64,000 bases of DNA from an uncultured virus (IMG/VR IMGVR_UViG_3300009111_000004) (IMGVR_UViG_3300009111_000004); one strand, 5' to 3'; shown: positions 28,892 through 40,012, numbered from the stretch's first letter. Program-made: numbers and translations. The notes: generated by a model not told the origin, from the letters alone.

Positions 28892-29315
28892 AAAACGGAT
28901 TGGTTGGGATGAGTATTTTATGAATATTGCACATCAGGTTGCGGCTCGATCTACATGCCCTAGGCTAGCAGTGGGTGCAGTACTTGTTAAAGATAAGCGA
29001 GCGATTAGTATGGGTTATAATGGTTCTGGGCGGGGCCAAGATCATTGTTCTGATGCTGGATGTATCATAATAAATAATCACTGTATACGTACAGTACATG
29101 CAGAGACTAATGCATTACTCAATGCGCCGCGTAGTGAGGATTTGAAGTATTCTACTTTATATGTTACATGTATGCCTTGTCTTGATTGTTTTAAGAATGT
29201 GGTTCAAGCTGGCATTAAACGTATTGTATACGATCAGCCGTATGATGTTGACTATAGTATTTTGAAGATTAATATAAATCAAATGCCAAGTATAGCACAG
29301 CTCGTCTCTAGCTAG
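28881..29315 (+). CDS. dCMP deaminase (ComEB-like)
   Basis: WDEYFM, RSTC, GYNG, HAE and PCxxC motifs. Confidence 0.92.
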   Translation: MVSEKRIGWDEYFMNIAHQVAARSTCPRLAVGAVLVKDKRAISMGYNGSGRGQDHCSDAGCIIINNHCIRTVHAETNALLNAPRSEDLKYSTLYVTCMPCLDCFKNVVQAGIKRIVYDQPYDVDYSILKININQMPSIAQLVSS

Positions 29316-29406
29316 CAAATGGGGAGAAGACCATATTACTAGTATCGCAGCAATCATAAACATCTTAATCATCGGTTAAGAGTATTTTACACTTAAAGGA
29401 TATATA

Positions 29407-30141
29407 ATGACTCAGGCTATAAATTTTACTGAATATTTCAAAGAAGAACGAGACGTATGGGTTCAGAATGTGTCGCAGTGCCAAGTAAGTGTAATGTTTG
29501 ATCTTGGTCCAGGTCGTTCTGAGTCTTATTTATTCGTACCTAATACTGATCCTGTAAATCTATCTCAGGGCTTTCCATTTCAGGCAATTAAAACCTCAAT
29601 GGATCTTCGGCGTATGTTAATCCGGGTTCCTCCTGCGTTAAAGTTAATGACCGAGGATGAAGCTAAAGCTTATTATGAGCGTCAGGCTAGTGACAATGGA
29701 CTAAAAGATGTGAGCATAGCTATGTCTCAGGCTGAGGAACGACGTGCGATAATTCATAGTCGTCAACCATTACCTGACGCGCCAGATCCAATCAAGTTAC
29801 ATGATGTTGTATCCGATGGGCAGCATCTAGGTGAAAAGAAGATTGTTCGATCAACCTTGGGGTCAGTTTCGCAAGAGGATGAAATTAATCCTCGCATATT
29901 AAATCTATGTTTACAAGTTCACCCTCAGGTTCCAGATCAAGAGAAGATGAGTGCACAAACTATGATTGCTGAGATCGCTGCAATCCCAAGTCTTAAGTTA
30001 TTAGACTGGGAATATCTTAATTCTCATGGGTTTTATAAGTCTGTGCGTAATATGGCTAAGCAGCAAATTGCGAGGCTGATTGAAGCTGATTCGGAAGTAG
30101 AGAAACCAACCAAGAAGACTAATAAGAAAGCTGGTGGGTAG
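29407..30141 (+). CDS. Hypothetical protein
   Basis: 244-aa ORF with AAGGA RBS. Confidence 0.75.
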   Translation: MTQAINFTEYFKEERDVWVQNVSQCQVSVMFDLGPGRSESYLFVPNTDPVNLSQGFPFQAIKTSMDLRRMLIRVPPALKLMTEDEAKAYYERQASDNGLKDVSIAMSQAEERRAIIHSRQPLPDAPDPIKLHDVVSDGQHLGEKKIVRSTLGSVSQEDEINPRILNLCLQVHPQVPDQEKMSAQTMIAEIAAIPSLKLLDWEYLNSHGFYKSVRNMAKQQIARLIEADSEVEKPTKKTNKKAGG

Positions 30142-30144
30142 TCG

Positions 30145-30564
30145 ATGAATCTAGCTGCGCAACGTATAAGTCTTTTTGGGCCTACTGAATTAGTTCATTC
30201 ATCGACTGCTGGATTGAATGGAGGGGAACCAGAGACTAGTATCTCTACTGGTCCAGCTAGATTTCAGTGGTCGCCTAGTCAGAATGCGGGCCTAATTGAT
30301 CCTACCGGGTTAGGTCTATCTGGTACATATCGCATTATACGTTTACAAGTTTTTGGGGACACAGATACAATAACAGTAAGTCTGATTGATGGAGATAAGA
30401 CACTCATACTGGTCAATGGCGCTAGCCTTCCATATGTTAATGAAGGTCTTGGATTTGTTACTTCTGGTCAGAAATTAAAGGTCACTAGTGGATTTAATAC
30501 TACTTCTTTGAAAATGATCATTACATTAGCTGATGCCTTAGCTTGGTCTCCATCTCCTAAATAA
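30145..30564 (+). CDS. Hypothetical beta-rich virion protein
   Basis: 139-aa ORF in the late operon. Confidence 0.65.
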   Translation: MNLAAQRISLFGPTELVHSSTAGLNGGEPETSISTGPARFQWSPSQNAGLIDPTGLGLSGTYRIIRLQVFGDTDTITVSLIDGDKTLILVNGASLPYVNEGLGFVTSGQKLKVTSGFNTTSLKMIITLADALAWSPSPK

Positions 30565-30577
30565 TACTAAACACTAG

Positions 30578-30628
30578 AATAAGGGCATAGATTATCATCT
30601 CTCAACGGAGATAATCTATGCCCTTATT
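30578..30628 (+). promoter_or_regulatory. 19-bp stem hairpin that sequesters the start codon of the holin-like gene
   Basis: aataagggcatagattatc (30578-30596) pairs with gataatctATGcccttatt (30610-30628). Confidence 0.7.
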
Positions 30629-30983
30629 GTTATTTGTTACTATTACTGATCAATCTATAGGTTGGGTTATAATCTCAATTCAATGGTTAATAACCCAACT
30701 TCAGAATCATAATTACATGCCAGCGTGTGGTATGTTGATGATGCTTCTAGTTTGGGTAATTAAACGGATTAGTGGCGATGCTCTTAAAACTGAGCGGTTA
30801 GCCTTATTATCAGCTGGTCTCGGGGTACTCTCCGCAGTTGGAATAGAATTATTGGCTTTAACAATAGACTCTAATAGAGTAGACCTACTAACAGCCATTA
30901 TTAATGGTCTCATGGTCGGCGCGGGAGCATCAGGATTTTGGTCACTTCTAGGGAAGAAACTTTTGGACACGAAGAGCAACTAA
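30618..30983 (+). CDS. Holin-like membrane protein
   Basis: Three or four hydrophobic helices, GLxxGxGASG motif, basic C-terminus. Confidence 0.6.
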   Translation: MPLLLFVTITDQSIGWVIISIQWLITQLQNHNYMPACGMLMMLLVWVIKRISGDALKTERLALLSAGLGVLSAVGIELLALTIDSNRVDLLTAIINGLMVGAGASGFWSLLGKKLLDTKSN

Positions 30984-31300
30984 TGGTTAAGGATGGAATT
31001 TTAACGATCGTCTTAGATCGAATTGATAAGGCTACGGGCGAAATGCGAGAGGATGTATCTAAGATTAAGGCCGATATTTCTACACTGGTGACTACTAGTG
31101 TACGTCAGCAGACTATTCTTGAGGATCAGTCTCGACGTTCTGAGGCAATTGAGAAGTCTGTTAAGCTATTGGAAAATCGTATCACACCTCTAGAACAGCA
31201 TATTGCCATGTGGAGCGGTGCTAGTAAGGTTCTCGTTATTTTAGGTGGTATCACAGCTTTGGTATCAGCCATTGTAGCGATCTATAAAGTATTACGCTAG
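30983..31300 (+). CDS. Coiled-coil plus C-terminal transmembrane protein (XhlA/hemolysin-like lysis accessory)
   Basis: TAATG coupling at 30983; heptad region followed by one TM helix. Confidence 0.55.
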   Translation: MVKDGILTIVLDRIDKATGEMREDVSKIKADISTLVTTSVRQQTILEDQSRRSEAIEKSVKLLENRITPLEQHIAMWSGASKVLVILGGITALVSAIVAIYKVLR

Positions 31301-31307
31301 GATCTAT

Positions 31308-31865
31308 ATGATTAATCGGTTATTATATACTATTAAAAATTGGCGATCTAGGTGGAGGGCTATAGTATTTGGGGCATACACCCCAGTTCCTAATTCACAT
31401 ATTGTTGTTCATGGGGAACTATCAGCTAAGGTTATTAATGCTAGCCAACAAGTTCAGGATTATGGTGTAATTTCGCGACGAGTTGTTACTACTACTGGAG
31501 TTAATTTTCTTCGTGATGATTTTAGTGGTGGTATTGGTGGTGCTGATATTAGTATGTTGAATTATCATGATTCTGGCACTGGAACTAATCCAGAATTAGT
31601 TGCAGATATTGACTTACAGATCCCGTCTGGACCTAGCATTAGGGTAACCGGTGCTCAAAGCACGCCGGCATCTAAACAATATAGATCAACAGCGACCATA
31701 AGCTATACATCCACACTAGCTATTACTGAACATGGTATATTTAATCAGTCTACGCGTGGAGCTGGAAGTGTATTATGGGATCGTAGTGTATTTGCTCCAA
31801 TTAATGTCACTAATGGCGATTCTATTCAATTTATATATACGTTAACTATTATGGATGGAGGATAG
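31308..31865 (+). CDS. Virion structural protein
   Basis: GTGT, ITEHGIFN and DSIQFIYTL motifs of tail/baseplate accessory proteins. Confidence 0.65.
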   Translation: MINRLLYTIKNWRSRWRAIVFGAYTPVPNSHIVVHGELSAKVINASQQVQDYGVISRRVVTTTGVNFLRDDFSGGIGGADISMLNYHDSGTGTNPELVADIDLQIPSGPSIRVTGAQSTPASKQYRSTATISYTSTLAITEHGIFNQSTRGAGSVLWDRSVFAPINVTNGDSIQFIYTLTIMDGG

Positions 31866-32483
31866 ATGTCTGATATTAAAATATCTGCTCTACCGCCAGT
31901 GAGTAGTGGATCCGTTTTTCAGGAATATGGTGTAGCTGAACTTGGATCTAGTAAGAAGATTAATGGTAGACAGCTACAAGAATTTCTTGGATTTATTAAA
32001 GTTCTTTTGCCCACTAGACATACTATTTCATCTACTACTGCTACTGAAGTTATTGATATTAGAGCATCAGATGTAGGTGTTGGTACATACGTGTTTCGTT
32101 ATTATCTAATTGTGCAGTCTACAGCTACTACTACTGGATTAAAATTTGGTATTAACTTTACCGGTGTCGCTACGCGGTTCGTAGCACATATGGTTTACCC
32201 TAGTTCTGGTTCAACTGCAGCAACTGGGGTTGCTGCAGATATATCTAATACAGCCTCCGGTAGATTAGAAGAGTCTATGGCCGCAAGGTCACTTAGTACT
32301 ACTGGTGCAAATCTTGGTCCATATACTGGAGTTACAACAATCAACGCCGATATTCTCAATGTAATTGAGGGAATCATAGTTATAACTAATCCTGGTCACC
32401 TGCAGCTATGGCATGGATCGGAGGGTAATGTAGGTACATCTGTTGAGATTGGTAGCAGTTTACTTTTGACCAGAATTGGATAA
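31866..32483 (+). CDS. Fibre-like virion protein
   Basis: IKISALP N-terminus; Ser/Thr/Gly-rich beta content. Confidence 0.55.
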   Translation: MSDIKISALPPVSSGSVFQEYGVAELGSSKKINGRQLQEFLGFIKVLLPTRHTISSTTATEVIDIRASDVGVGTYVFRYYLIVQSTATTTGLKFGINFTGVATRFVAHMVYPSSGSTAATGVAADISNTASGRLEESMAARSLSTTGANLGPYTGVTTINADILNVIEGIIVITNPGHLQLWHGSEGNVGTSVEIGSSLLLTRIG

Positions 32484-32486
32484 AAT

Positions 32487-33131
32487 ATGGCTACTATTGC
32501 GGCTATTACTCAATTTTTAGCTTCTGATGTTAATGATTCAAATGTGGCATTAGGAGTAGCATATGCTATTTATGACAGCGATCAACAGCGAACACGTCAA
32601 TTTAGTATTTATGATATTCCAGGTCTTACTTTGGTTAACTTATTAGATTGGAAATCTATTATAGTTCAGGCTGTTATCAATCATGCTGCAACTGAAGGAT
32701 TCGTTTTACCAGCTGCTAATTTAAATTGGATCCCATATGAGGGCGGTAACCAGAGATTAACCAAATTAGTGTTTCGTTCTAGCCATGAGCACACATTTAA
32801 CCTAAATGACACTAATAAAGTTAATATTCATCAGGGACTGGATGGTGAGCCTCAAATTGTAGATTTTACACGATATCGTCAATATCGTCTATTAGTATAT
32901 TTAGATAAAAATAGTGGTGATGGAGTGGTATATACTTTAACTGATATTAATAATATATCTAATAATTTTTCAGCTACTTATAGTGGACCTACTGGTGAAA
33001 TTATGTTAGATAGTGGATGGGTTAATCTACCAACATGGGCATTTGGTGAAAAATTATTAGCTTGTCAAATTGGTACAACAGATCCAATTACAGTGTTAGT
33101 ATATCATCAGTCTCTCCTATATTTGCGATAA
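32487..33131 (+). CDS. Hypothetical virion protein
   Basis: 214-aa ORF in the operon. Confidence 0.6.
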   Translation: MATIAAITQFLASDVNDSNVALGVAYAIYDSDQQRTRQFSIYDIPGLTLVNLLDWKSIIVQAVINHAATEGFVLPAANLNWIPYEGGNQRLTKLVFRSSHEHTFNLNDTNKVNIHQGLDGEPQIVDFTRYRQYRLLVYLDKNSGDGVVYTLTDINNISNNFSATYSGPTGEIMLDSGWVNLPTWAFGEKLLACQIGTTDPITVLVYHQSLLYLR

Positions 33132-33134
33132 TTA

Positions 33135-33563
33135 ATGCCAAATTATTATCAACTTGCCGAAAGTACTGATCGGTTTCTATTAGAAGATGGTAGTGGTGCA
33201 CTACTACTAGAAGAAGATCAGTTGTTTGTTAATAATGTTAGTGCAGATATATTATTTATTGGGTCAGTAATTAAGCAGTGTAATAAATTAGTTACTGGTG
33301 TATTATTGTTTAGTATAACTCTTTCTAATATAGCATTTAATATAATTAGCTACTTAGCAACATTTATTGGTCTAGTAACGACCATCTTTGAAATAAAGTT
33401 ATTTGGTATTGTTAGAACTATTAAGTCTACTACTAAATATATATCAACGATTATTATTGATGATGTAAATCGATTGACAGGTAGGGTCGGTGCCATTGAC
33501 GCAGATCCAAACACTAGTATAATTAGTATATCATCAGATGCTGCAGTTATATCTGTGGAATAA
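33135..33563 (+). CDS. Hypothetical virion protein
   Basis: FLLEDGSGALLLE motif of the kind seen in fibre-attachment proteins. Confidence 0.55.
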   Translation: MPNYYQLAESTDRFLLEDGSGALLLEEDQLFVNNVSADILFIGSVIKQCNKLVTGVLLFSITLSNIAFNIISYLATFIGLVTTIFEIKLFGIVRTIKSTTKYISTIIIDDVNRLTGRVGAIDADPNTSIISISSDAAVISVE

Positions 33564-33566
33564 TAT

Positions 33567-34643
33567 ATGGCATTATCAATTATTAATGTAGGAACTATAA
33601 CATTACAGAACTCCTCAACCAGATCTAAGATTATAGTACAGGACTTAACTATAGATCCACCAGTTAATACCGATCCTTATAGGTTAGTGGTGACATTAAC
33701 TGATCTTGGTGGGTCACCTAAAATTTATGATGTATGGCCGTCTCCAGCGACCCGTATTGTACGAACTGGAGTTGGGCAATTTTATATAGATTTAGGACCT
33801 GCTGATGCTGAGTTGGATGGTAGTCATCCGATTGGTAGTACCATTCTTAATGTTAAACTAGCTAATCCCACTAATACATCTGGATGGCCCGCTACTGGGC
33901 GGATTACTATTAATTCTGGTAGTTTAATAGAAACTTTAGATTATTCGGCAGTAAATATTGTATCTGGTTCAGGTACTATTACGTTACCGTCACCAACTAC
34001 TAAGCTATATAATAGTGGAATTCTTATTGTTGGTCCTAATACTGAGACTAATACTATTGGTGAATTTATAGTTAATTGGCAAACTGAGTTAGTAGCTGGT
34101 GGAGCGGTTACTAACTCAATTGATAAATTTAAAGTCATATCTATTCGAACAGCTTCGTTTTTGCCTGAATTTAAATTACTTATTGATAAATCAAGGAAAT
34201 TGACTGCTCCGTCCTCTGAGTGTTTTATAGGGTACACAGATGGTCAATTAATGTCATATCTTGAGGGTGGACTAGGTACCATTAATGCTTATCAACCATC
34301 ACTTACATTTACATTTGAAAACTTTCCATTAGATTATAAACAGATTTTATTAGATGCAGGTTTAGTCACTGGGGTAATGAGTCAACAGCTATATGCTATT
34401 GATACTGATATACCAAATTATAATGATCAGGGTACATCATTTGTCATTGTTCATCAACCTCAATTAGCTAGTTTTTTGAATCAAATTAGTCAACGATTAG
34501 ATCGTCTGATCCCCATGATGAAATTGCAGCTTTTACAGCCAGGATCGTTACATATTCAAGCCGGACCGAATTTTAGACTTACACAATTGATTCAGGCGGC
34601 GCCATCAGGTTCGTTATTTAGAAATGTATTCTTCAAGGGTTAA
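33567..34643 (+). CDS. Neck / head-tail adaptor protein
   Basis: C-terminal helical domain (YTDGQL...YNDQGTSF); synteny before the sheath. Confidence 0.55.
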   Translation: MALSIINVGTITLQNSSTRSKIIVQDLTIDPPVNTDPYRLVVTLTDLGGSPKIYDVWPSPATRIVRTGVGQFYIDLGPADAELDGSHPIGSTILNVKLANPTNTSGWPATGRITINSGSLIETLDYSAVNIVSGSGTITLPSPTTKLYNSGILIVGPNTETNTIGEFIVNWQTELVAGGAVTNSIDKFKVISIRTASFLPEFKLLIDKSRKLTAPSSECFIGYTDGQLMSYLEGGLGTINAYQPSLTFTFENFPLDYKQILLDAGLVTGVMSQQLYAIDTDIPNYNDQGTSFVIVHQPQLASFLNQISQRLDRLIPMMKLQLLQPGSLHIQAGPNFRLTQLIQAAPSGSLFRNVFFKG

Positions 34644-34648
34644 GTATA

Positions 34649-35674
34649 GTGGCTTCTAAATTCGATATTATATCTGGACGAGCCCCTGGGTATTGGGGCG
34701 GCAAGAATATTCGATGTCGCATTAATAGCGAGTCTATAGTGGATAAGGTCCTATCTTCTAATTATGATAAGATCTATGCTATGGGTCTACCTATTGCAGT
34801 ATGGAGAGAGGCATCATCATTAGTTGACAATCTTACTGTTTGTTCTTGCTTTAAAGATACTTCTAAGCAACCAGATATTCCTTGTCAATCTTGTTATGGA
34901 ACCGGAACTATTCCAGGGTTCTTTAAATTTGGGACCAGAAACTATTGGAGTGCTTCTATTGATACTGGATGGACCTTTACTAATATTGTATTAGATCAGA
35001 CTAATCGTCCATTTCGATTTATGTTAGCGAACGATTCTATTTCTGGGATCGCAATTTCACCTAACATATCTATTTCAACCATAGGGAAACTAGGAGCATG
35101 GGAATCTAGATATGATGGATTTACTAGGGATGGTGGAGTAAATAGTGCTATTATAGTGGAGGCATCTAAGGATAATGGACTAACTTGGTTTGCTCTTTCT
35201 GGTCTTGAGTTAGAGGGGCCTACTACTCAGTTGCGATTTAAAGTAACTATGTCTAGAACTACTACTTCAACTAAATCTCCTATGTTCGAGATTGTACGAG
35301 TACGTTATGCTACTATTTTTGATATTAGAAATGAATTATTTGAGCCAGTTATTCGAGTTTTACCAACATGGTTAACTGAGGCTGAGATTAGGCAGGCCCA
35401 TGGTTTAAAAATGGAGGCGACTAATAATAAGTTTTGGACGCTACCACTAGCCTTTTTTGATCCTAGTATTGAAATTCAAAATAATGCATCTAGGGTTAGT
35501 GATGATGTATTTGTCGAACAGCGGGTTGGTGTAGAAATTGGTATTCGATATGCTATTACTGAGTTCTCTTATTCAGAGACTTTCGGTAAATTTACTAGAC
35601 AGGAGTTTAGTACACGTAAATATTCAGGTAAGCCAGGGGAAATTATTGGAGAATATGCATATAGAGTGTTCTAG
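34649..35674 (+). CDS. Head-closure / neck protein with Zn ribbon
   Basis: CSC...CQSCYGTG motif; synteny. Confidence 0.55.
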   Translation: MASKFDIISGRAPGYWGGKNIRCRINSESIVDKVLSSNYDKIYAMGLPIAVWREASSLVDNLTVCSCFKDTSKQPDIPCQSCYGTGTIPGFFKFGTRNYWSASIDTGWTFTNIVLDQTNRPFRFMLANDSISGIAISPNISISTIGKLGAWESRYDGFTRDGGVNSAIIVEASKDNGLTWFALSGLELEGPTTQLRFKVTMSRTTTSTKSPMFEIVRVRYATIFDIRNELFEPVIRVLPTWLTEAEIRQAHGLKMEATNNKFWTLPLAFFDPSIEIQNNASRVSDDVFVEQRVGVEIGIRYAITEFSYSETFGKFTRQEFSTRKYSGKPGEIIGEYAYRVF

Positions 35675-35676
35675 CC

Positions 35677-36801
35677 ATGCCGGTACATAATCGACAAGAT
35701 CTGGGTCAGATTCCTACTGTACCCGACAACTTAACTCAACCACCTAGATTTGGTGCAATCCATGAATTAGTAAAGGATGCATTTGTTTTAGAGTTGCGGC
35801 ATTTTTTGTCAACCGCCAATAATCGACTTCGTATAGGTGAACTGCCGCGTATTGATAAATATGCAGTAGCCATTGATACTAAGATTGATCCACTCGAAAC
35901 CGCAGTCAGTCTAATTCGCAGTTATCCTGATATTACTGAAGATTTACCGTTAATCGCAGTATTAGCTACTACTGGGCGCAATCTTAAGCTAAGTATATCA
36001 GACAAATATACATCTATGATAGTTCCGCCAGCTAAGATTATAGGATCTGCAAATGGTCCATTTGCATTGACTGATGGCATGGATTTACAAATCACTACCC
36101 AGCCTGATGGAATAGATACCAATGTGGTTACGTCTAGATTTGTGTTTCCTTCGTTCATGTTTACCAATATTGCTGCTGCAACCCCAGAAGAGGTTGTATA
36201 TGCTATTAATTTTCAGTCACTATATGTTACTGCTTATGTTGTAACCGATGGGGTTATTAAGCATGTCGGAATCAGGGCAGGTGGACCTCATGGTACTTTA
36301 TTCCCAAATAAGATTACAATTGTTGGTGGTACTTCTCTAGGTACTCTTGGATTGGCCATAGGCCAGACTGATCAAAATTATGGTGTTGGTAAACAGGCGT
36401 ATGAGCGTTATCATATGGCAGCAGAATTGACAGTAGCTATCGAAATTGTAGCTGAATCAGAGAATGTACGTACAGATATCTCAGATTTACTATATGATTT
36501 TTTCTCTTATGTGATGGCTGATCGCAAATTTCAATTTTATGGTCGATCAATATTTGATGAGTCTGTATTAGATGAGACTTATCAGATTATATTAAAAGAT
36601 AGTCAAATTTCATTTTCTGGAGAACAAGAGATAAATAGATTAGGCGACCTTAGGGATAAATTATATATTAATCGGATCTCTATTCCGGTTATAGCTATCC
36701 AATACTCAGATCGGTTAATGACGAATATTGATGGCTCAACCACCACCCCGTTAATCAATATTGGACTTATATCTAATTTTAACCTTCCAGAACCTAATTA
36801 A
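35677..36801 (+). CDS. Tail terminator / completion protein
   Basis: YPDITEDLPLIAV...EIVAESENVRTDISDL; directly before the sheath. Confidence 0.55.
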   Translation: MPVHNRQDLGQIPTVPDNLTQPPRFGAIHELVKDAFVLELRHFLSTANNRLRIGELPRIDKYAVAIDTKIDPLETAVSLIRSYPDITEDLPLIAVLATTGRNLKLSISDKYTSMIVPPAKIIGSANGPFALTDGMDLQITTQPDGIDTNVVTSRFVFPSFMFTNIAAATPEEVVYAINFQSLYVTAYVVTDGVIKHVGIRAGGPHGTLFPNKITIVGGTSLGTLGLAIGQTDQNYGVGKQAYERYHMAAELTVAIEIVAESENVRTDISDLLYDFFSYVMADRKFQFYGRSIFDESVLDETYQIILKDSQISFSGEQEINRLGDLRDKLYINRISIPVIAIQYSDRLMTNIDGSTTTPLINIGLISNFNLPEPN

Positions 36802-36932
36802 TCGAGAGGTATATTTTATCTATACTAAAATAAATAGAATCGGTAGCTAGATAATTTCGTGGACTGGTCTCGAAATGGGTCACCATTGCCGACCTTTAAA
36901 CATCATTAACTATATGCGTTAGGGGTGATTAG

Positions 36933-39440
36933 ATGCCGAATATTAGTGGCTATGTTGATCCTGGGGTATATATCTCAGAGGTAGTTGTTCCAGGTACTGT
37001 TTCGGTAGCCACAGTACCGCTTACTGTTTGTTTAGTAGGTATTGGGAATCGGTTTAAACGAGTAAATGATGAGGCAGTAGTTCGTGGGTTGACGTCAGCG
37101 TCTGCCAACGTTTTAATTGTTGATAGTACCCCCGGTGCCCATGACGCCACCCTAACTTTTGTCAGTAATCGTCAATCGGCTCAGACTGTTGTGACTAAAG
37201 ATGGAGTCCCTATTGACAGTATTTACATTACTTATCTACCAGCTGCAATCACAGGAGTTACCCTCACTACAGTAGATTTTACTGCACCAAATAATAAAAT
37301 TGCTTTATCTGTAGATGATAAACAACCAGTTACTATTGCTATCACGGCTGGTGGTACAGATACAACGGTTATTGTTGGTAATTTAATCACTCAACAACTA
37401 GCATCAATTACTAATATTGCGTTGGTAACTGCTGACATGATTGCTGAAGGTATTAATAAAGCACTGAATGGGGCTAGTTCATTGGGGTATGGCCCTAATT
37501 ATGCTGCTGTTGCGTCTACTAGCACTAATAAGGTTATATTATCATCTCCATTAAGCACTCCTATATCAGATATTAAGCTATTTGCAGCTTACCCTACGGC
37601 CACAGATCATACCGATGAAATATTCGGTATTGCATTCCCTGCATCTAGGCTATACCAAGTTCCTACTGTTATTCGGATTGCTGATTCCCAATATAACTCG
37701 TTGGCTACCTACATTGCTCAATATGTAGCTGTTGTTGGGGTTGATTATGATAATACTCTAGATTTTGGAGGTATAACTAATATAGTTAGGGTTGGTTCTT
37801 TCCCTGGGACCACCTCATTTACAGATCAATATTCATTAATGGATGATACTGTTGAGTGGACATCATCATATACACCAGCTACTTTTATTAGTTCTGTTGC
37901 TGCTGCATCTCATGATATTTCTATTGATGATACCATTGTACTTTTAATTGATGGTAAAGCTGCAGTTAATATTGATCTTAATGGGTTAGGTTCTCCTCCG
38001 CCAGGGTATATTAACCCAGTCTCCGCGAGCGCAGCTACACCGACTGAGATCGTAAATAATATTAATGCTATATTATCATATGCTGTTAATTATGGTCCTT
38101 CGTATGGAGCAGTGGCTAGTGTTATTGGATCTGGTATCAATTCTAGAATTGTGTTAACCTCACCACGAGAAGGTGGTGCAGGTAGTTTGATTCAAATTGC
38201 TGCCCCTGCATTAAATAGTGCAACAACTACTCTATTCGGATTGACTAGTGCTCAATTGCCTTACACAGTAAGGGATCCTGGGACTCGACCTGCCCCAGGT
38301 ACAACTTACTATGTTACTTATGAGTATCCTCGTCCCACTAGTGATTATAATTTACCTAAGCGTTATTTCAGTCCAGATGCGCTATATGCCGATATTGGTT
38401 TCCCAGCGGCGGGCAATGATTTAGCCATTGCTGGTAGTATTATATTTCAAAATAACGCACCATCTATGATGGTAGTTCAAGTTGATGATTCTATCACCCC
38501 AGGATCACCGACGCCACCTGAATTCTTAGAAGCTTTTAACGCGGCTGGAGGAACGTCGGTTGCTACTGAAATATGTGCCCTTAGTACTGATCTTGGAGTT
38601 CAGACTGATTTAATGACTCACATTATCAATGAGTCGTCTCCAACTCAGAAGAATTATCGGCGTGGATGGTTTGGTATGCCTCGTAATACTACTATTGGAG
38701 ATAGAGATACCTTAGACACATTTGTTTATCGGGCCACACGAACCCTACAGGTATCAAGTGACTCCCCAGGACGTGGGCGATTGATCTTAGTAGCACCGGC
38801 CAATGTAACACGTACGGTTACTTTGGAAGATGGATCTGAAATTGATCTAGATCTTGATAGTTCATACACAGCAGCCGCTATTGCTGCTCGAATGACCGCA
38901 TTTACTTCTCCTGCGGACACTCTTTTACGAAAGACCATTTCCGGATTTAAGACTGATAATTTTCAAACATATTTAAAAAGTGAACGTGCCCAATTAGCAT
39001 CCAATGGTGTAACTGTAGTTACATTAGATGCAGGTAAATTAGTATTACTTGATCCTATGACTACAGAGGGTGGGGGTGGAAAATTAGTTAGTTTTCAGGA
39101 GATTTCAGCAAGTACCCAGAAAGACGCAACTACTACAGCAATAACTCAATCGGTCGACGCAAATTTAGTAGGCGTAGTACCTTCTGATTTGGCTTCCTTT
39201 GTTGTCACGATCAAGGGTTATATTGGTGGAGTACTTCGTTCTTTGATTGCATCGGGGGCTATTGCACCATATAAGACCGATAGTGGTATTACTAGAGATA
39301 TTGACTTTTCTCGCGATATTCAAGTATTTCAAGATCAGTCGGATCCTACTAAATATTTTTTCAGATATTTTTTCAATCTGAGAAACCCAGCAAAGAGATT
39401 TTACGGAGATTATTCGGTTGATAATCCGTTCTTTAGCTAA
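36933..39440 (+). CDS. Tail sheath protein
   Basis: GYVDPGVYISEV N-terminus and QDQSDPTKYFFRYFF..RNP C-terminus; 835 aa; followed by the tube gene. Confidence 0.9.
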   Translation: MPNISGYVDPGVYISEVVVPGTVSVATVPLTVCLVGIGNRFKRVNDEAVVRGLTSASANVLIVDSTPGAHDATLTFVSNRQSAQTVVTKDGVPIDSIYITYLPAAITGVTLTTVDFTAPNNKIALSVDDKQPVTIAITAGGTDTTVIVGNLITQQLASITNIALVTADMIAEGINKALNGASSLGYGPNYAAVASTSTNKVILSSPLSTPISDIKLFAAYPTATDHTDEIFGIAFPASRLYQVPTVIRIADSQYNSLATYIAQYVAVVGVDYDNTLDFGGITNIVRVGSFPGTTSFTDQYSLMDDTVEWTSSYTPATFISSVAAASHDISIDDTIVLLIDGKAAVNIDLNGLGSPPPGYINPVSASAATPTEIVNNINAILSYAVNYGPSYGAVASVIGSGINSRIVLTSPREGGAGSLIQIAAPALNSATTTLFGLTSAQLPYTVRDPGTRPAPGTTYYVTYEYPRPTSDYNLPKRYFSPDALYADIGFPAAGNDLAIAGSIIFQNNAPSMMVVQVDDSITPGSPTPPEFLEAFNAAGGTSVATEICALSTDLGVQTDLMTHIINESSPTQKNYRRGWFGMPRNTTIGDRDTLDTFVYRATRTLQVSSDSPGRGRLILVAPANVTRTVTLEDGSEIDLDLDSSYTAAAIAARMTAFTSPADTLLRKTISGFKTDNFQTYLKSERAQLASNGVTVVTLDAGKLVLLDPMTTEGGGGKLVSFQEISASTQKDATTTAITQSVDANLVGVVPSDLASFVVTIKGYIGGVLRSLIASGAIAPYKTDSGITRDIDFSRDIQVFQDQSDPTKYFFRYFFNLRNPAKRFYGDYSVDNPFFS

Positions 39441-39532
39441 GACTCGTTTAGGTACTTGTATCCATCAATCGAAGATATCTGACAGTGTATAAGCTGAGAC
39501 TATTACTGCAACCACTTTAATAGAGGTCTTAA

Positions 39533-40012
39533 ATGCCTCCAGTCTATCCTAAGAATCAATTTAATCCGCCAGATACGTTAGCTAGATCATCTCATTCATT
39601 GACCATCAAGGTAAATGGAATTACTATTGGGATGATTAATGGTTGGAACCCTCAACAGAATCGACAGATTACTCCTATTTATGAGCTTAACGCAGAGACT
39701 TCTGGATTACCACTAGAAAATGTGCCAGGTAATGTTCAGAATCTAACTATTGCAATTCAACGTTTTGATATATGGCCCATTAGAATGGAGCAGGCGTTTG
39801 GGACGATTGATCTAACTATGTTATCTAATCAACAGTCTCCATTTGCAGTACAGGAACTTTGGACTTCACCAAATGCAGCTTTAGAGATCTGGCAGTATGA
39901 TGGTTGTTGGTTTGAGAATATTGGGCGTACATTTCGAAGTGACGATACGCGGATTGTAAATGTAAATGCTAGCATGCGATATGTTTATAAGTCTAAGATT
40001 CAGGGTATTTAA
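39533..40012 (+). CDS. Tail tube protein
   Basis: 159 aa directly after the sheath; IYELNA..VPG and YDGCWF motifs. Confidence 0.85.
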   Translation: MPPVYPKNQFNPPDTLARSSHSLTIKVNGITIGMINGWNPQQNRQITPIYELNAETSGLPLENVPGNVQNLTIAIQRFDIWPIRMEQAFGTIDLTMLSNQQSPFAVQELWTSPNAALEIWQYDGCWFENIGRTFRSDDTRIVNVNASMRYVYKSKIQGI

